From Thermodesulfobacteriota bacterium (GTDB taxonomy: Bacteria; Desulfobacterota_D; UBA1144; Nemesobacterales; UBA2774), in NCBI GenBank assembly GCA_963422265.1, contig OY729416.1, positions 736,001-800,000 on the forward strand: DNA of 64,000 nucleotides. Reading direction: 5' to 3'. Positions 18,752-28,825 of the stretch are shown here, piece by piece. The notes beneath the pieces were generated by a model, which was given only the letters and a program-made list of their open reading frames with translations, made no database searches and had not been told where the DNA came from. Position numbers and translations under genes: made by a program. Position 1 is the stretch's first letter, and every line of letters begins with the position of its first letter.

Positions 18752-19861
18752 TTAGTTATATACCCTTAGCTCATTGTAAAGGGCGTCTCTTTCAACGGGA
18801 ATGAAACCCGCTCCTTTAATCATACCGACCATGAAGTCACGCGTGTGTCCAAGCTCAGAGGGCGCGCCAGCGTCGTGTATAATCTTCTCGCGCATTATAG
18901 TCCCGTCGGCGTCACTGCACCCATAGTGAAGCGCTACCTGCGCCATCTTCTCACCAAGTGTGATCCAATAGGACTTGACGTGGGGAAAGTTGTCCAGATA
19001 TAGACGAGCGGTAGCGTGAACTTTAAGGTCATAAGAACCGGGGAAGAACTTGACCTGCTTTTTTAATCCCGTATTTTCGGGCTGAAACAAAACGGGTATG
19101 AAAGCGAAAAAGCCAGGAGCGTCATCCTCAATATTCCTCAATCGCTCAAAATGGTCAACCACGTGGAAAGGCTCTTCTACATGTCCGTATAGAATGGTAG
19201 CGTTTGTAGGAATGCCAATCTCATGGGCAAGTCTATGAATCTCTTCCCATCTTGTAGCTACCGTCTTAGGTGCGCAAATTTTCTTGCGCACGTCAGGGTG
19301 GAGAATCTCTGCTCCTCCCCCCGTTAGGGCGTCAACCCCATTTTCATTTAGCGTCTCAAGTATCCATTCAATACTTTTACCAGTTAATTCCGTGAACCAG
19401 TCTATCTCAACTGCAGTAAACGCTTTAACGTGCGTATCGGGGAAGTTGTCCTTAACAAGTCTTACTATATCAAGGTAATGCTGAAAATCCCAATCGGGAT
19501 GAAGCCCTCCCACAATGTGAACCTCTTTAATCTCATCACTTATCATAGACAGAATCTGATCGTGAGAAAGCTCATAGGCGGCGGCGGATTTCTTTGTGGT
19601 TCCAAAAGCACAGAACTTACATGAAATAGCGCATACGTTCGTAGGATTAACGTGACGGTTGACTACAAAATAGACCTTGTCGCCCACTCTCTTCCTTTTA
19701 ACGTAATCGGCAAGCATACCAACCGTATTAAGGTCGTCCGTGGACATAAGAGTAATACCATCTTCAAACGTAAGGCGCTCTTCCCTTTCCACTTTATCAA
19801 CTATAGGAAAGAGCGATTTATCAAAGCAGAGATTTTCTATATCTTCCAGTATTCTTTCCAT
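18752..19861 (-). CDS. mqnE: aminofutalosine synthase MqnE (radical SAM)
   Basis: CAISCKFC, VHIVGGLHP, KAFTAVEI, GGGAEI, ERDALYN; lies in a mqn operon. Confidence 0.88.
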   Translation of the reverse strand: MERILEDIENLCFDKSLFPIVDKVEREERLTFEDGITLMSTDDLNTVGMLADYVKRKRVGDKVYFVVNRHVNPTNVCAISCKFCAFGTTKKSAAAYELSHDQILSMISDEIKEVHIVGGLHPDWDFQHYLDIVRLVKDNFPDTHVKAFTAVEIDWFTELTGKSIEWILETLNENGVDALTGGGAEILHPDVRKKICAPKTVATRWEEIHRLAHEIGIPTNATILYGHVEEPFHVVDHFERLRNIEDDAPGFFAFIPVLFQPENTGLKKQVKFFPGSYDLKVHATARLYLDNFPHVKSYWITLGEKMAQVALHYGCSDADGTIMREKIIHDAGAPSELGHTRDFMVGMIKGAGFIPVERDALYNELRVYN

Positions 19862-21612
19862 CTTTCGCTTACTATCTCCTTTATTTCATCGGACATTTCA
19901 ATCACCTTAGGATACCATCTCTTTAAGGTAGCATCTATGCCCATTCTCCCTCCATAGACAACTGCCGAGCCCCTAAGCTCCGTGCGCTCAAGAATCACGT
20001 CAAGATATGGGTCAAACCTAGTAAATATACCCCAGATTAACTCTGTATTATTATGAAGGTCTATATCTGGGCTAACTACGATTATAATGCTAAGTTCCTC
20101 GTAACCCTTAGTCTGAAAGATCTCGTTAATCATTTCCTTAGGTGCATTATCCAGTTTAATGACGAGGATGCCACCTTTAAGAAGCCTCCAGTCCAGAATA
20201 TCTTTATGCTTTCCTCGTGGATCAGAAAGGCGGGCAGGCTTAGGTTTATTTCTTCTTCTGCAATTAGGTTTCCTGACTGCGTTTATACCCATCTTGCTAC
20301 CGACGTTTAGCTTCCCACTTGTAAAATCTAGGGTATCAAGCGGTGCCCACGGTATCATCAGAAAATCTTCATTGGGGTCAAAGTTATCACCTATTTCCGT
20401 CAATACTGCGTCCCAATCACGTGGATTTACATCGCTTGAAATGGTTATTATCACCTTGGTCAACAAAAGCTGCCCCGTCCCCCAAAGGGCAAGCATGGCT
20501 TTTATTCCATTTTTCGGATAACGCTCGTCAACCGCAACTACCAGCAGGTTGTGAAAGCCCGCCTCAGGGTAAGCCCACATATCCTTAACCTCTGGATGAA
20601 TAATTCGCGTAAGGGGTGAGAACATATCGCCAGCCGCCATTCCCAAGAATACGTCCTCTTTTGGAGGCTTGCCAACAGTAGTAGCTGGGTATATCGGATT
20701 TGCCCTATGGGTGATTTGATTAAGGTGATAGACGGGAAAATCAGCCTGCATAGAGTAATGGCCAAAGTGGTCGCCAAAAGGACCCTCCCGCCGTAGTTCA
20801 TTCTGGGGAACTACTCCTTCAAGTATAAACTCAGCGTTTGCGGGCACCATAACGTCTATACTTTTTCCTTTTACCATAGGTATGGGATTGCCCCGCAGAT
20901 AACTTGCGAACGCAAGTTCGTCCATACCTTCGGGAAGAGGCGCAATGGCGCTGAATATCATTTTAGGGTCCCCGCCCAGAACAACCGCAACCTCTAGGTC
21001 TTTATTTAGCTTTCCAGCCTCATGGTAATGAGCAGCGCCGCCTTTATGAGGATGCCAGTGCATACCAGTCGTCCTCTCATCGTAGATTTGCATCCTGTAG
21101 ATTCCAGTATTTCTTTTACTCGTAACCGGGTCTTGAGTAAGAACCAATCCCAAAGTTATGAACTTACCTCCGTCCAGGGGCCAGCACTTTATTATTGGGA
21201 GCTTTCTTAGATCCAGAATCTCATCTATCTGCTGAGCTACGCCATGCCGAACCTTCCTGGTCCTCATATTTATAAGCTCATAGACTTTAGGAAGGATCGA
21301 GAAAAAAGACTTAATTGAAGGGGGGTTTAGCTTGTGAAACAACTCGACAAGCTCCTCCCCTACGTCTCGCGGCTTTCTACCAAGGGCAAGCTCAACCCTT
21401 TCCTCGGTACCAAACAGGTTCATAGCAAGGGGATATTCAGCGCCCTTGACTTTCTCAAAGATCAAAGCAGGTCCCTCGTCTTTAATTACCCTGTCGGCAA
21501 TTTCAGTCACCTCGAGGACCGGATCCACTTCAGCCTTTACGTATTCAACGTCTCCTATTCTTTTTAGGTAAGAGACGTATTCCTGAAGATCGTAAAAGTT
21601 TCTTTTGCCCAT
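19837..21612 (-). CDS. UbiD-family menaquinone biosynthesis decarboxylase (MqnL-type)
   Basis: EGPFGDHFGHYS, GKPPKED, GIDAT. Confidence 0.9.
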   Translation of the reverse strand: MGKRNFYDLQEYVSYLKRIGDVEYVKAEVDPVLEVTEIADRVIKDEGPALIFEKVKGAEYPLAMNLFGTEERVELALGRKPRDVGEELVELFHKLNPPSIKSFFSILPKVYELINMRTRKVRHGVAQQIDEILDLRKLPIIKCWPLDGGKFITLGLVLTQDPVTSKRNTGIYRMQIYDERTTGMHWHPHKGGAAHYHEAGKLNKDLEVAVVLGGDPKMIFSAIAPLPEGMDELAFASYLRGNPIPMVKGKSIDVMVPANAEFILEGVVPQNELRREGPFGDHFGHYSMQADFPVYHLNQITHRANPIYPATTVGKPPKEDVFLGMAAGDMFSPLTRIIHPEVKDMWAYPEAGFHNLLVVAVDERYPKNGIKAMLALWGTGQLLLTKVIITISSDVNPRDWDAVLTEIGDNFDPNEDFLMIPWAPLDTLDFTSGKLNVGSKMGINAVRKPNCRRRNKPKPARLSDPRGKHKDILDWRLLKGGILVIKLDNAPKEMINEIFQTKGYEELSIIIVVSPDIDLHNNTELIWGIFTRFDPYLDVILERTELRGSAVVYGGRMGIDATLKRWYPKVIEMSDEIKEIVSERWKEYWKI

Positions 21613-21760
21613 TGTTTAGTAAAGTATACTTTTTTATTTGAGCCCCCGATTCCCCCGTTTAGACTTGACTTGTCTAGGCACGCTTTGAGTAGGGAGCACA
21701 TTGGGGAACGCCCGCACTGTAATGACCCCCGCGGATATAAACCCCTTTCACGCATATTCT

Positions 21761-22312
21761 CTACTCAAGCGCTTCGTGCTTCCACCCTTTACCAGCACTT
21801 ACCCCGAGCAGGCTTAAAACTTTATTAACGTATCCTTCTATTAAGTCATCCACTCTCCGAGCACCTGTATAATGAGGAGGGCTGATCGGCGCAATAACGG
21901 CGCCTTCTCTAGAGAGCTTAAGAGCATTTTCAAGAGCTACCGAGCTAAGCGGAGTTTCCCTTACTGCTATAACCAGCCTTCTTCTTTCCTTAAGAGCAAC
22001 CTGAGCTATACGCGTAATCAAGGTATCCGCAATACCATTAGCGATTTTGGCTAAAGTCGATATTGAACAGGGGATAATTACCAGTGAGTCAAAATGATTG
22101 CTGCCCGAGGAAAATGGCGCACCGAGATCCGAATCATTATATATATCATTGACCCAGGGACGAAGCTCCTCAGTCTTTAGATCGAGCTCCTCATGTAGTA
22201 CCCTTTTGCCCCATTTGCTCACTACGAGGAATTTATCATCCGGGCACCTACGGAGAAAATCGACTCCATAAACGACCCCTGACGCCCCGGTAAAACCAAC
22301 TATCGTGCGCAT
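21761..22312 (-). CDS. ubiX: flavin prenyltransferase UbiX
   Basis: Likely start MRTIVGFTGASG; SSGS, PCS..TLA, KERR, RETPL. Confidence 0.92.
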   Translation of the reverse strand: MRTIVGFTGASGVVYGVDFLRRCPDDKFLVVSKWGKRVLHEELDLKTEELRPWVNDIYNDSDLGAPFSSGSNHFDSLVIIPCSISTLAKIANGIADTLITRIAQVALKERRRLVIAVRETPLSSVALENALKLSREGAVIAPISPPHYTGARRVDDLIEGYVNKVLSLLGVSAGKGWKHEALE

Positions 22313-22313
22313 G

Positions 22314-23156
22314 TTACGGTAAGTATATACCAGATAATACAAATAGGAAAACGGTAACCCCGACCAGAACGTTGATCTTAAAGAAGGCAAGGTCAACGTT
22401 CTGGGCTTTTTTATGCTCTAAGTAGAGAAGAACCCCTATTGCGATTAACAACGCCGCGGAAACAATCGACCTAAATTGGTAGAAATAAAGAAAAACAACG
22501 GCAAGAAAAGCCGCATGGTGAAGGACGCTAGAAACTGAAAGAGCCGCTTCTTTCCCATAAATGGAAACCATAGAATAAACGTTGCTCTTTCTATCAAACT
22601 CTTCATCCAAAGTTGCGTAAATAATGTCAAAACCAGATACCCAGCATAGGGTAAAAAGAAAGAGAATTATAGCCGGCAGCAAGTCGCTTAAAGAACAGGT
22701 AACGGCAATCCAACCACCGAGAGGGGCAAGCCCAAGCCCAAGCCCCACCCCAAAATGACATAGATACGTAAACCTTTTCATAAGGGGGTAAATGATAAAG
22801 ACTAAAATAGGTATCGGAGAGAGGTAAAGGGTTAGGTCACAGATAAGATACGCAGCTAAGAAATACGCCAGGAGTCCCAAAACCGTTATTAAACACGCGC
22901 TTAGCAGACTGACTCTGCCCGCTGGAAGCTCTCTCTGTTTAGTTCTAGGATTCAGGCTATCGATTCTTCTATCCAAGATTCTATTGATAGCGAGGGCGGA
23001 GGTTCGCGCTCCGGCTCCGGCGACCAGTATTAAGATAAGGAGTTTAAGATCAGGGATGCCCTGAGCAGCCAATAAACTCCCAGCCAAGATCAGAGGCAGC
23101 GAAAAAAGCGTATGCTCTAGCTTGATAAAGTTTGCATAATATATTAATCTTGTCAT
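22314..23156 (-). CDS. UbiA-family polyprenyltransferase (MqnP-type)
   Basis: EHTLFSLP, NRILDRRIDSLNPRT, FDIIYATLD. Confidence 0.9.
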   Translation of the reverse strand: MTRLIYYANFIKLEHTLFSLPLILAGSLLAAQGIPDLKLLILILVAGAGARTSALAINRILDRRIDSLNPRTKQRELPAGRVSLLSACLITVLGLLAYFLAAYLICDLTLYLSPIPILVFIIYPLMKRFTYLCHFGVGLGLGLAPLGGWIAVTCSLSDLLPAIILFLFTLCWVSGFDIIYATLDEEFDRKSNVYSMVSIYGKEAALSVSSVLHHAAFLAVVFLYFYQFRSIVSAALLIAIGVLLYLEHKKAQNVDLAFFKINVLVGVTVFLFVLSGIYLP

Positions 23157-23253
23157 ACCATATTGTTAAGCATCGGAAGACTATGACTGCATCCTTTACT
23201 GGCACTTCTCCCTTTATAGAATAACCTAATTTTACACCTCAATACGTGAATAC

Positions 23254-24615
23254 GTGGCTAAAATGACGAAGCCAGAGTTGACTCAAAAAATATCCTATAG
23301 CCTAAAACAGGGCGACTTAGATGAGATAAGAAGAATCTTATCCCCTGTTCACCCTTCAGAAATAGCGAAAATAATACAGTCTTTTAGCCCTGAAAACCAT
23401 CCCAAAATACTAGAAATCCTAGACACGGAAACGGCTTCGGAAGTGATCTTAGAGCTTGAACCCGATCAGCGCGAGGAGATACTTGAGGATTTTGACGAGA
23501 CGAAGATCGCCGAGATCGTCGAAGAGATGGACTCGGACGACGCCGCCGACTTGATCGGAGAGCTTCCCAAAGAAACGGCGGAAACCGTTCTCGCCAAGAT
23601 GGATCCCGAAGAGGTTAAAGAAGTAGAGCCTCTCCTTAAATACCCCGAAGACACGGCAGGCGGTATTATGCAGACCGAGCTCGTCAAGGTCGGAGAGAAA
23701 TTTACGGTCAGAGATACAATCAATTGGATAAGGTTCATAGCGGACGAGGTAGAGGACTTTCACCTCATTTTCTTAACCGACGCGGATGATAAGCTCTTAG
23801 GACAAATATCTCTCAGTAAACTTATATTAGCCACGCACGGGGCTAAGGTAACAAGCATTATGGAACCCGTTGAAGTTACCGTAACCCCGGAAGTTGATCA
23901 GGAAGAAGTCGCAACCATATTCCAGAAATATGACATAGTATCGCTGCCTGTAATAGACGCTAGAGGGGTTCTTATAGGGAGAATTACGGCTGACGACGTG
24001 CTAGACGTCATTACGGAGGAAGCCTCTGAGGATATGATGCAAATGGCAGGGGTAGGTGAAAGCCTACATCCTATATACACGCCTACGCTCACCAGAATCA
24101 AACTAAGAACCCCGTGGTTATTACTCACGCTAATCGGGGAGTTATTCATCGCATTTATAATAGTATATGCCTTTAAGCCAACCTTAGAAAAAGTGGCAAT
24201 CCTGGCAGCTTTTATGCCCGCTATTATGGCTACGGGTGGAAACGTAGGCCTTCAAACCACTACTATAGTTATAAGAAGTCTTGGAATGGGAACGGTAAAC
24301 GTAAAGCAGATATTCAAAGTTATTTCCTCTGAGATAAGGGTGGGCATTGTCTTGGGAATCTTATGTGGTTCTATAGCGGCAATAATAGGAGCACTCATAA
24401 GCTCTAATCAGCCTGAGGTATTCAAAATAGCTTCAGCGGTATTCATAGCCATGCTATCAGCAACGCTAGCGACCTCCTTTATCGGAGTTGCGGGGCCGCT
24501 GGCGCTACATAGATTAAATTTTGATCCCGCAGCTGCCTCGGGACCATTTCTTACTATGTTTAATGATATATTCGGTTCGGTATTCTATCTATTTATAGCA
24601 ATGCTAATTTTTTAG
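23254..24615 (+). CDS. mgtE: magnesium transporter MgtE
   Basis: MDSDDAAD, TAGGIM CBS pair, GGNVG, DPAAASGPFLT. Confidence 0.95.
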   Translation: MAKMTKPELTQKISYSLKQGDLDEIRRILSPVHPSEIAKIIQSFSPENHPKILEILDTETASEVILELEPDQREEILEDFDETKIAEIVEEMDSDDAADLIGELPKETAETVLAKMDPEEVKEVEPLLKYPEDTAGGIMQTELVKVGEKFTVRDTINWIRFIADEVEDFHLIFLTDADDKLLGQISLSKLILATHGAKVTSIMEPVEVTVTPEVDQEEVATIFQKYDIVSLPVIDARGVLIGRITADDVLDVITEEASEDMMQMAGVGESLHPIYTPTLTRIKLRTPWLLLTLIGELFIAFIIVYAFKPTLEKVAILAAFMPAIMATGGNVGLQTTTIVIRSLGMGTVNVKQIFKVISSEIRVGIVLGILCGSIAAIIGALISSNQPEVFKIASAVFIAMLSATLATSFIGVAGPLALHRLNFDPAAASGPFLTMFNDIFGSVFYLFIAMLIF

Positions 24616-24651
24616 ATTCTCAATATAGATAACAGCAATAGTAACAACTTT

Positions 24652-25359
24652 ATGACGATCTCGGAAGCATTTCTAATTCGCAAAATACCCTATGGAGATG
24701 CTGACTACATAATCAGTTTGTTTACGAGAGACCTAGGCAAAATAAATGGTCTTGCTAAAAACGCAAAAAAAAGCGCAAAAAGGTTTGGCGGATGTATTGA
24801 GCCATTAGTGCACTTTCAAGTAAGCCTGAGAGATAAGCACAAGGGTTTTTATTTTATAGAGAACACCGAAACGATAGGTGTATTCAAGAAATTTATAGAA
24901 GATATAGAATTATTCACGTGGGGTAGCTTCCTGCTCGATAATATAGACGCCCTGACGGAAAATGGTCTGCCGAATGAAGAGTTATTCAACCTTTTGCTTG
25001 AGACAATAAACGAGCTTAATAACGAGAAAAGCATCCTCGCCGCCGTGCTCAGATTTCAGCTCAAGGCGCTGTCAATATCAGGCTACGAGCCCAATCTTGA
25101 CACGTGCGCCGAGTGTGAGAATGAAATAAATGGAGATTCGTTTTTTAATCTCAGAAAAGGTGGGGCGATTTGCTTAAGTTGTAGGAAACTGAAGAAAAAT
25201 AGTTTCCTAGTGTCAAAAGAATTCCTAAGGGATAAAGAGTTAATGAAAACTCATCCGAAAAAAGCGCTACAATACATAAGACTATTCGCAAAATTTACAG
25301 AATACCATACAGAGAAAAAACTAAAGTCATCACGTTTCATAAAGGAGATTGAGGTATGA
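24652..25359 (+). CDS. recO: DNA repair protein RecO
   Basis: YGDADYI..FTRDLGK..AK.AKKS.KRFGG; CxxC..CxxC zinc finger. Confidence 0.9.
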   Translation: MTISEAFLIRKIPYGDADYIISLFTRDLGKINGLAKNAKKSAKRFGGCIEPLVHFQVSLRDKHKGFYFIENTETIGVFKKFIEDIELFTWGSFLLDNIDALTENGLPNEELFNLLLETINELNNEKSILAAVLRFQLKALSISGYEPNLDTCAECENEINGDSFFNLRKGGAICLSCRKLKKNSFLVSKEFLRDKELMKTHPKKALQYIRLFAKFTEYHTEKKLKSSRFIKEIEV

Positions 25360-26534
25360 TAGAGATCCCTGGATTTTTGGGAAGCTCCGTGTGGTCGGGA
25401 ATAAAGAAGGAGAAGAAAAAAGACCTTGCCCTTATATACGCTGAGTCACCGGCAAAGGCGGCTGGGTTTTTTACAACAAATCTAGCTAAAGCCGCCCCCG
25501 TATTAATTGGAATGGACAGGATTAAGAGTGGCTATTGCCAAGCGCTCCTTATTAACAGTGGTGTAGCAAACGCATTCACCGGCGAAGAGGGGCTTAAAGA
25601 CTCAATATTAACCTCAAAGCACCTAGCCGACGAGCTTGGAATTAGCGAAAACTTAGTTATCCCTTCCTCAACGGGAATAATAGGTGATCGCCTGCCAGTA
25701 GATAAGCTAAAGAAGGCTTTACCAAACCTTGTGAAAGGGCTTAGAAAGGACGGATTTTTGGACGTTGCAGAGGGAATTATGACAACGGATTCCTTCCCTA
25801 AATACGCCTCAGCGAGGGTTAGGATAGACAATAGGACAGGCACCTTGGCAGTGATAGGAAAAGGTGCTGGCATGATAGCACCCGACATGGCGACAATGCT
25901 AGCATATATACTCACTGATATAGACGTGAGTAAAAAGGCTATATCAAAGGCGCTGACAAACGGCGTTAATCAAAGCTTCAATAAAATTATTGTAGATGGA
26001 GATACTTCAACGAACGATACGGCGCTGCTCCTTTCAAGTGGAAAACTAGGCAATAAGGTGATAGAGGAAACTGATATCAATTACAGAAAATTTGAGGGGG
26101 CGGTTACTGAGCTTGCGACTGAAGTCGCCGAGATGATAGTGCAGGACGGTGAAGGTGCTACTAAGGTGGTCAAGATAATAGTCAAAGGGGCAAGAACCGA
26201 AAAGGACGCTCAGAAAATAGCTCGCACGCTGGGGACGTCGCTCCTCGTAAAAACCGCTTTTTTTGGAGAGGATCCCAACTGGGGGAGAATAATAGCGGCT
26301 GCAGGTCACGCTGGGGTTAATTTCAATCCTGATAAAATAGACCTATTTTTTGGAGACCACGAGGCGCTTAGGGATTCAAAGAACGTGATGAATGAAGAGA
26401 AGGCAAAGGATATTCTAAAAAGTCCGAAATTTGACGTTACCCTCAACGTCAAAAGTGGAAAAGCTAGCTCATTTGTAATTGCAAGCGACGTAACGTTTGA
26501 TTATATAAAGATAAACGCTCATTATAGAACCTAA
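25356..26534 (+). CDS. argJ: ornithine acetyltransferase / N-acetylglutamate synthase
   Basis: STGIIG, IMTTD, KGAGMIAPDMATML, DGDTSTND, DGEGATK. Confidence 0.96.
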   Translation: MIEIPGFLGSSVWSGIKKEKKKDLALIYAESPAKAAGFFTTNLAKAAPVLIGMDRIKSGYCQALLINSGVANAFTGEEGLKDSILTSKHLADELGISENLVIPSSTGIIGDRLPVDKLKKALPNLVKGLRKDGFLDVAEGIMTTDSFPKYASARVRIDNRTGTLAVIGKGAGMIAPDMATMLAYILTDIDVSKKAISKALTNGVNQSFNKIIVDGDTSTNDTALLLSSGKLGNKVIEETDINYRKFEGAVTELATEVAEMIVQDGEGATKVVKIIVKGARTEKDAQKIARTLGTSLLVKTAFFGEDPNWGRIIAAAGHAGVNFNPDKIDLFFGDHEALRDSKNVMNEEKAKDILKSPKFDVTLNVKSGKASSFVIASDVTFDYIKINAHYRT

Positions 26535-26541
26535 TAGGAAC

Positions 26542-27651
26542 TCACTTGCTGGAATCTACGCCGACTAAATCAAACAGATTATTAACCCCTTCCTTCTCCA
26601 TATAACGAATAATCCCCCTGTTAATTTTGCCAGCCACCGCCGTGCCTTCGCTCCTGATGGCAGTTACTAATTGGAGCGCCTTCGCTCCCGCCTTTATTTT
26701 TTCAAGGGCAGTCTCAGCATCCTTAATCCCTCCAACGCCTATTATCTCGAGCCTATCCCCAGCTTCTCTATAAACGTGAGCTATAACGTCAGTAGTAAGC
26801 CTCGCATAATCCCGATCGTCCCCACTTAACCCCCCTGGACTACCCCTCCATCGCTCGCCGTATTTACCCTTGAGATTAGAATCCGAAGTAGTGTTACAGG
26901 CTATGATTCCAGTTACTGACTCTTCAAGCGCGACCGCTAAAACGTCATCAACAGCATTGTAACTTAGATCGGGAGCTATTTTGATGAAAAGGGGTTTTCT
27001 CCTCTTATCAAAACTATCCATCGTCTCGATCACGGCTCGGATAACATCAAGAATCAGTTCCTTTTCTTGAAGCTTTCTGAGCCCAGAGGTGTTTGGCGAG
27101 CTCACGTTGATTGCATAGTAATCGGCAAACTCGGACGTTCTTTTGGCGACCGCCGCATAAGCCCCCGGGGCGTCTTTATAAAGAACGCCCTTGTTTAATC
27201 CTAGACTAACGCCTATAGGAACACCTCTACCCTTGTATCTAAAGAGGTTCTTGGCAACTACGTCCATACCTCGACTGTTGAAACCAAGCCAGTTTATGGC
27301 AACGCCCGAAGAAACCATAAATAGCCTTGGCTTTGGGCTACCCATCTGGCGATTCTCAAGAACTGACCCCACTTCAACGGAGGCAAAGCCAAGGTGGTAT
27401 AATCCTAAAACCGCGCGCCCGGCTTTATCCCAACCGGCACCTACAATCAAGGGATTTTCTAGCTTAACGTCGCCACCTAAGCTAACGTTAAGCCTTTTAT
27501 CTACAAATCTCTTGCACCCATCGGCTAATAGTTCTACTAACCTTAACGTTAAAGGAGAAATCTCGGCTAAGCGTAAAGACTCGCGGGCAAGGTCATGAAA
27601 CGTTTCAGAGTCGCACTTATCAAGGATAGGTCGTATTATCTCTTTATACAT
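26542..27651 (-). CDS. pyrD: dihydroorotate dehydrogenase (quinone, class 2)
   Basis: AGWDK, PKPRLF, INVSSPNT, KIAPD, GGLSG. Confidence 0.92.
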   Translation of the reverse strand: MYKEIIRPILDKCDSETFHDLARESLRLAEISPLTLRLVELLADGCKRFVDKRLNVSLGGDVKLENPLIVGAGWDKAGRAVLGLYHLGFASVEVGSVLENRQMGSPKPRLFMVSSGVAINWLGFNSRGMDVVAKNLFRYKGRGVPIGVSLGLNKGVLYKDAPGAYAAVAKRTSEFADYYAINVSSPNTSGLRKLQEKELILDVIRAVIETMDSFDKRRKPLFIKIAPDLSYNAVDDVLAVALEESVTGIIACNTTSDSNLKGKYGERWRGSPGGLSGDDRDYARLTTDVIAHVYREAGDRLEIIGVGGIKDAETALEKIKAGAKALQLVTAIRSEGTAVAGKINRGIIRYMEKEGVNNLFDLVGVDSSK

Positions 27652-28744
27652 TAAATCTAAAAAGTATTATGTCACCATCTTGGACGACGTAGTCCTTACC
27701 TTCTGATCTCATTTTGCCTATATCTCTTAAGGCGGATTCAGACCCTGCTGAAATAAAATCATCATAATTTGCGGTTTCAGCCCGGATAAACCCCCTTTCA
27801 AAATCGGAATGAATTATGCCCGCTGCCTGAGGAGCCTTTGAATCTCTTCGCGTAGTCCAGGCTCTGACCTCTTTGGGTCCTTGAGTAAAATAGGTAATTA
27901 GTCCAAGCTTTGCATAGGCGACTTTGGCAAGCTTATCCAACCCTGAATTCTTGAGCCCTAAACCCTCTAAAAATAATTTCTTGTCATCATAAGGAAGCTC
28001 AGCGATCTCAGACTCAATCTTGGCGGAAAGGACTATAACTTCGGAGCTTTCCCTTTTAGCATAAGCCTTTATTTTAGCAACCTCCACATTCTCCGAGTCA
28101 TCAGATATATTATCCTCCGGCACGTTGCAAACGTAAACGACGGGTATGGCAGTCAATAAGGGCGTCTCTCGTATGATCTCCATAGACTTGTCGTCCGTCT
28201 GGAAGTTTATCGCTTTGCCACCACCCTCAAGGAATTGCCCCAGCTTGCTGACAACGTCTAGCTTATCCTTGATAGCCTTGTTGCCACTTTTAGCCTTAGA
28301 GGCAAGCCTTTCCGCTCGTCTCTCCAACGTCTCGAGGTCTTTAAGGAGAAGCTCGTCTTCAATTATACGAACGTCTCTAATCGCATCCATAGAACCTTCT
28401 ACGTGGACGACGTTGTCGTCCTCAAAGCACCTTACAGTATGGAGTATTAGATCTACCTCGCTAATACTGGAGAGAAAGGCGTTACCGCGTCCCTTACCCT
28501 CTGACGCACCCTTCACTAGCCCGGCAATATCTACCACTTCAAGGAACGTGGGGGTAATTTTCTTGGGTTTAACAAGCTCAGCTATTTTATAGAGCCTGTA
28601 ATCCTCAATTGGAATAATGCCAACATTATCCTCAATTGTGCAAAAGGGGAAATTGCCCACCTCCGCACCTGCGTTGGTAAGGGCGTTAAAGAGCGTTGAC
28701 TTACCCACGTTAGGGAGACCAACAATCCCGCATTGTAATCCCAT
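27644..28744 (-). CDS. ychF: redox-regulated ATPase YchF
   Basis: Likely start MGLQCGIVGLPNVGKSTLFN; DIAGLV, IHSDFERGFIRAE, FRFNV. Confidence 0.96.
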   Translation of the reverse strand: MGLQCGIVGLPNVGKSTLFNALTNAGAEVGNFPFCTIEDNVGIIPIEDYRLYKIAELVKPKKITPTFLEVVDIAGLVKGASEGKGRGNAFLSSISEVDLILHTVRCFEDDNVVHVEGSMDAIRDVRIIEDELLLKDLETLERRAERLASKAKSGNKAIKDKLDVVSKLGQFLEGGGKAINFQTDDKSMEIIRETPLLTAIPVVYVCNVPEDNISDDSENVEVAKIKAYAKRESSEVIVLSAKIESEIAELPYDDKKLFLEGLGLKNSGLDKLAKVAYAKLGLITYFTQGPKEVRAWTTRRDSKAPQAAGIIHSDFERGFIRAETANYDDFISAGSESALRDIGKMRSEGKDYVVQDGDIILFRFNV

Positions 28745-28825
28745 TGCCTTATTATATCCCGCTTCGGAGACTGAATCCACCACGTGAAAATGACGGACTC
28801 AGAGTGTCTTCTGCCTATTCCATCC

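Noticed and set aside
21564..21755. 63-aa ORF between ubiX and the decarboxylase
   Set aside because: It overlaps the decarboxylase start out of frame and has no recognisable motif
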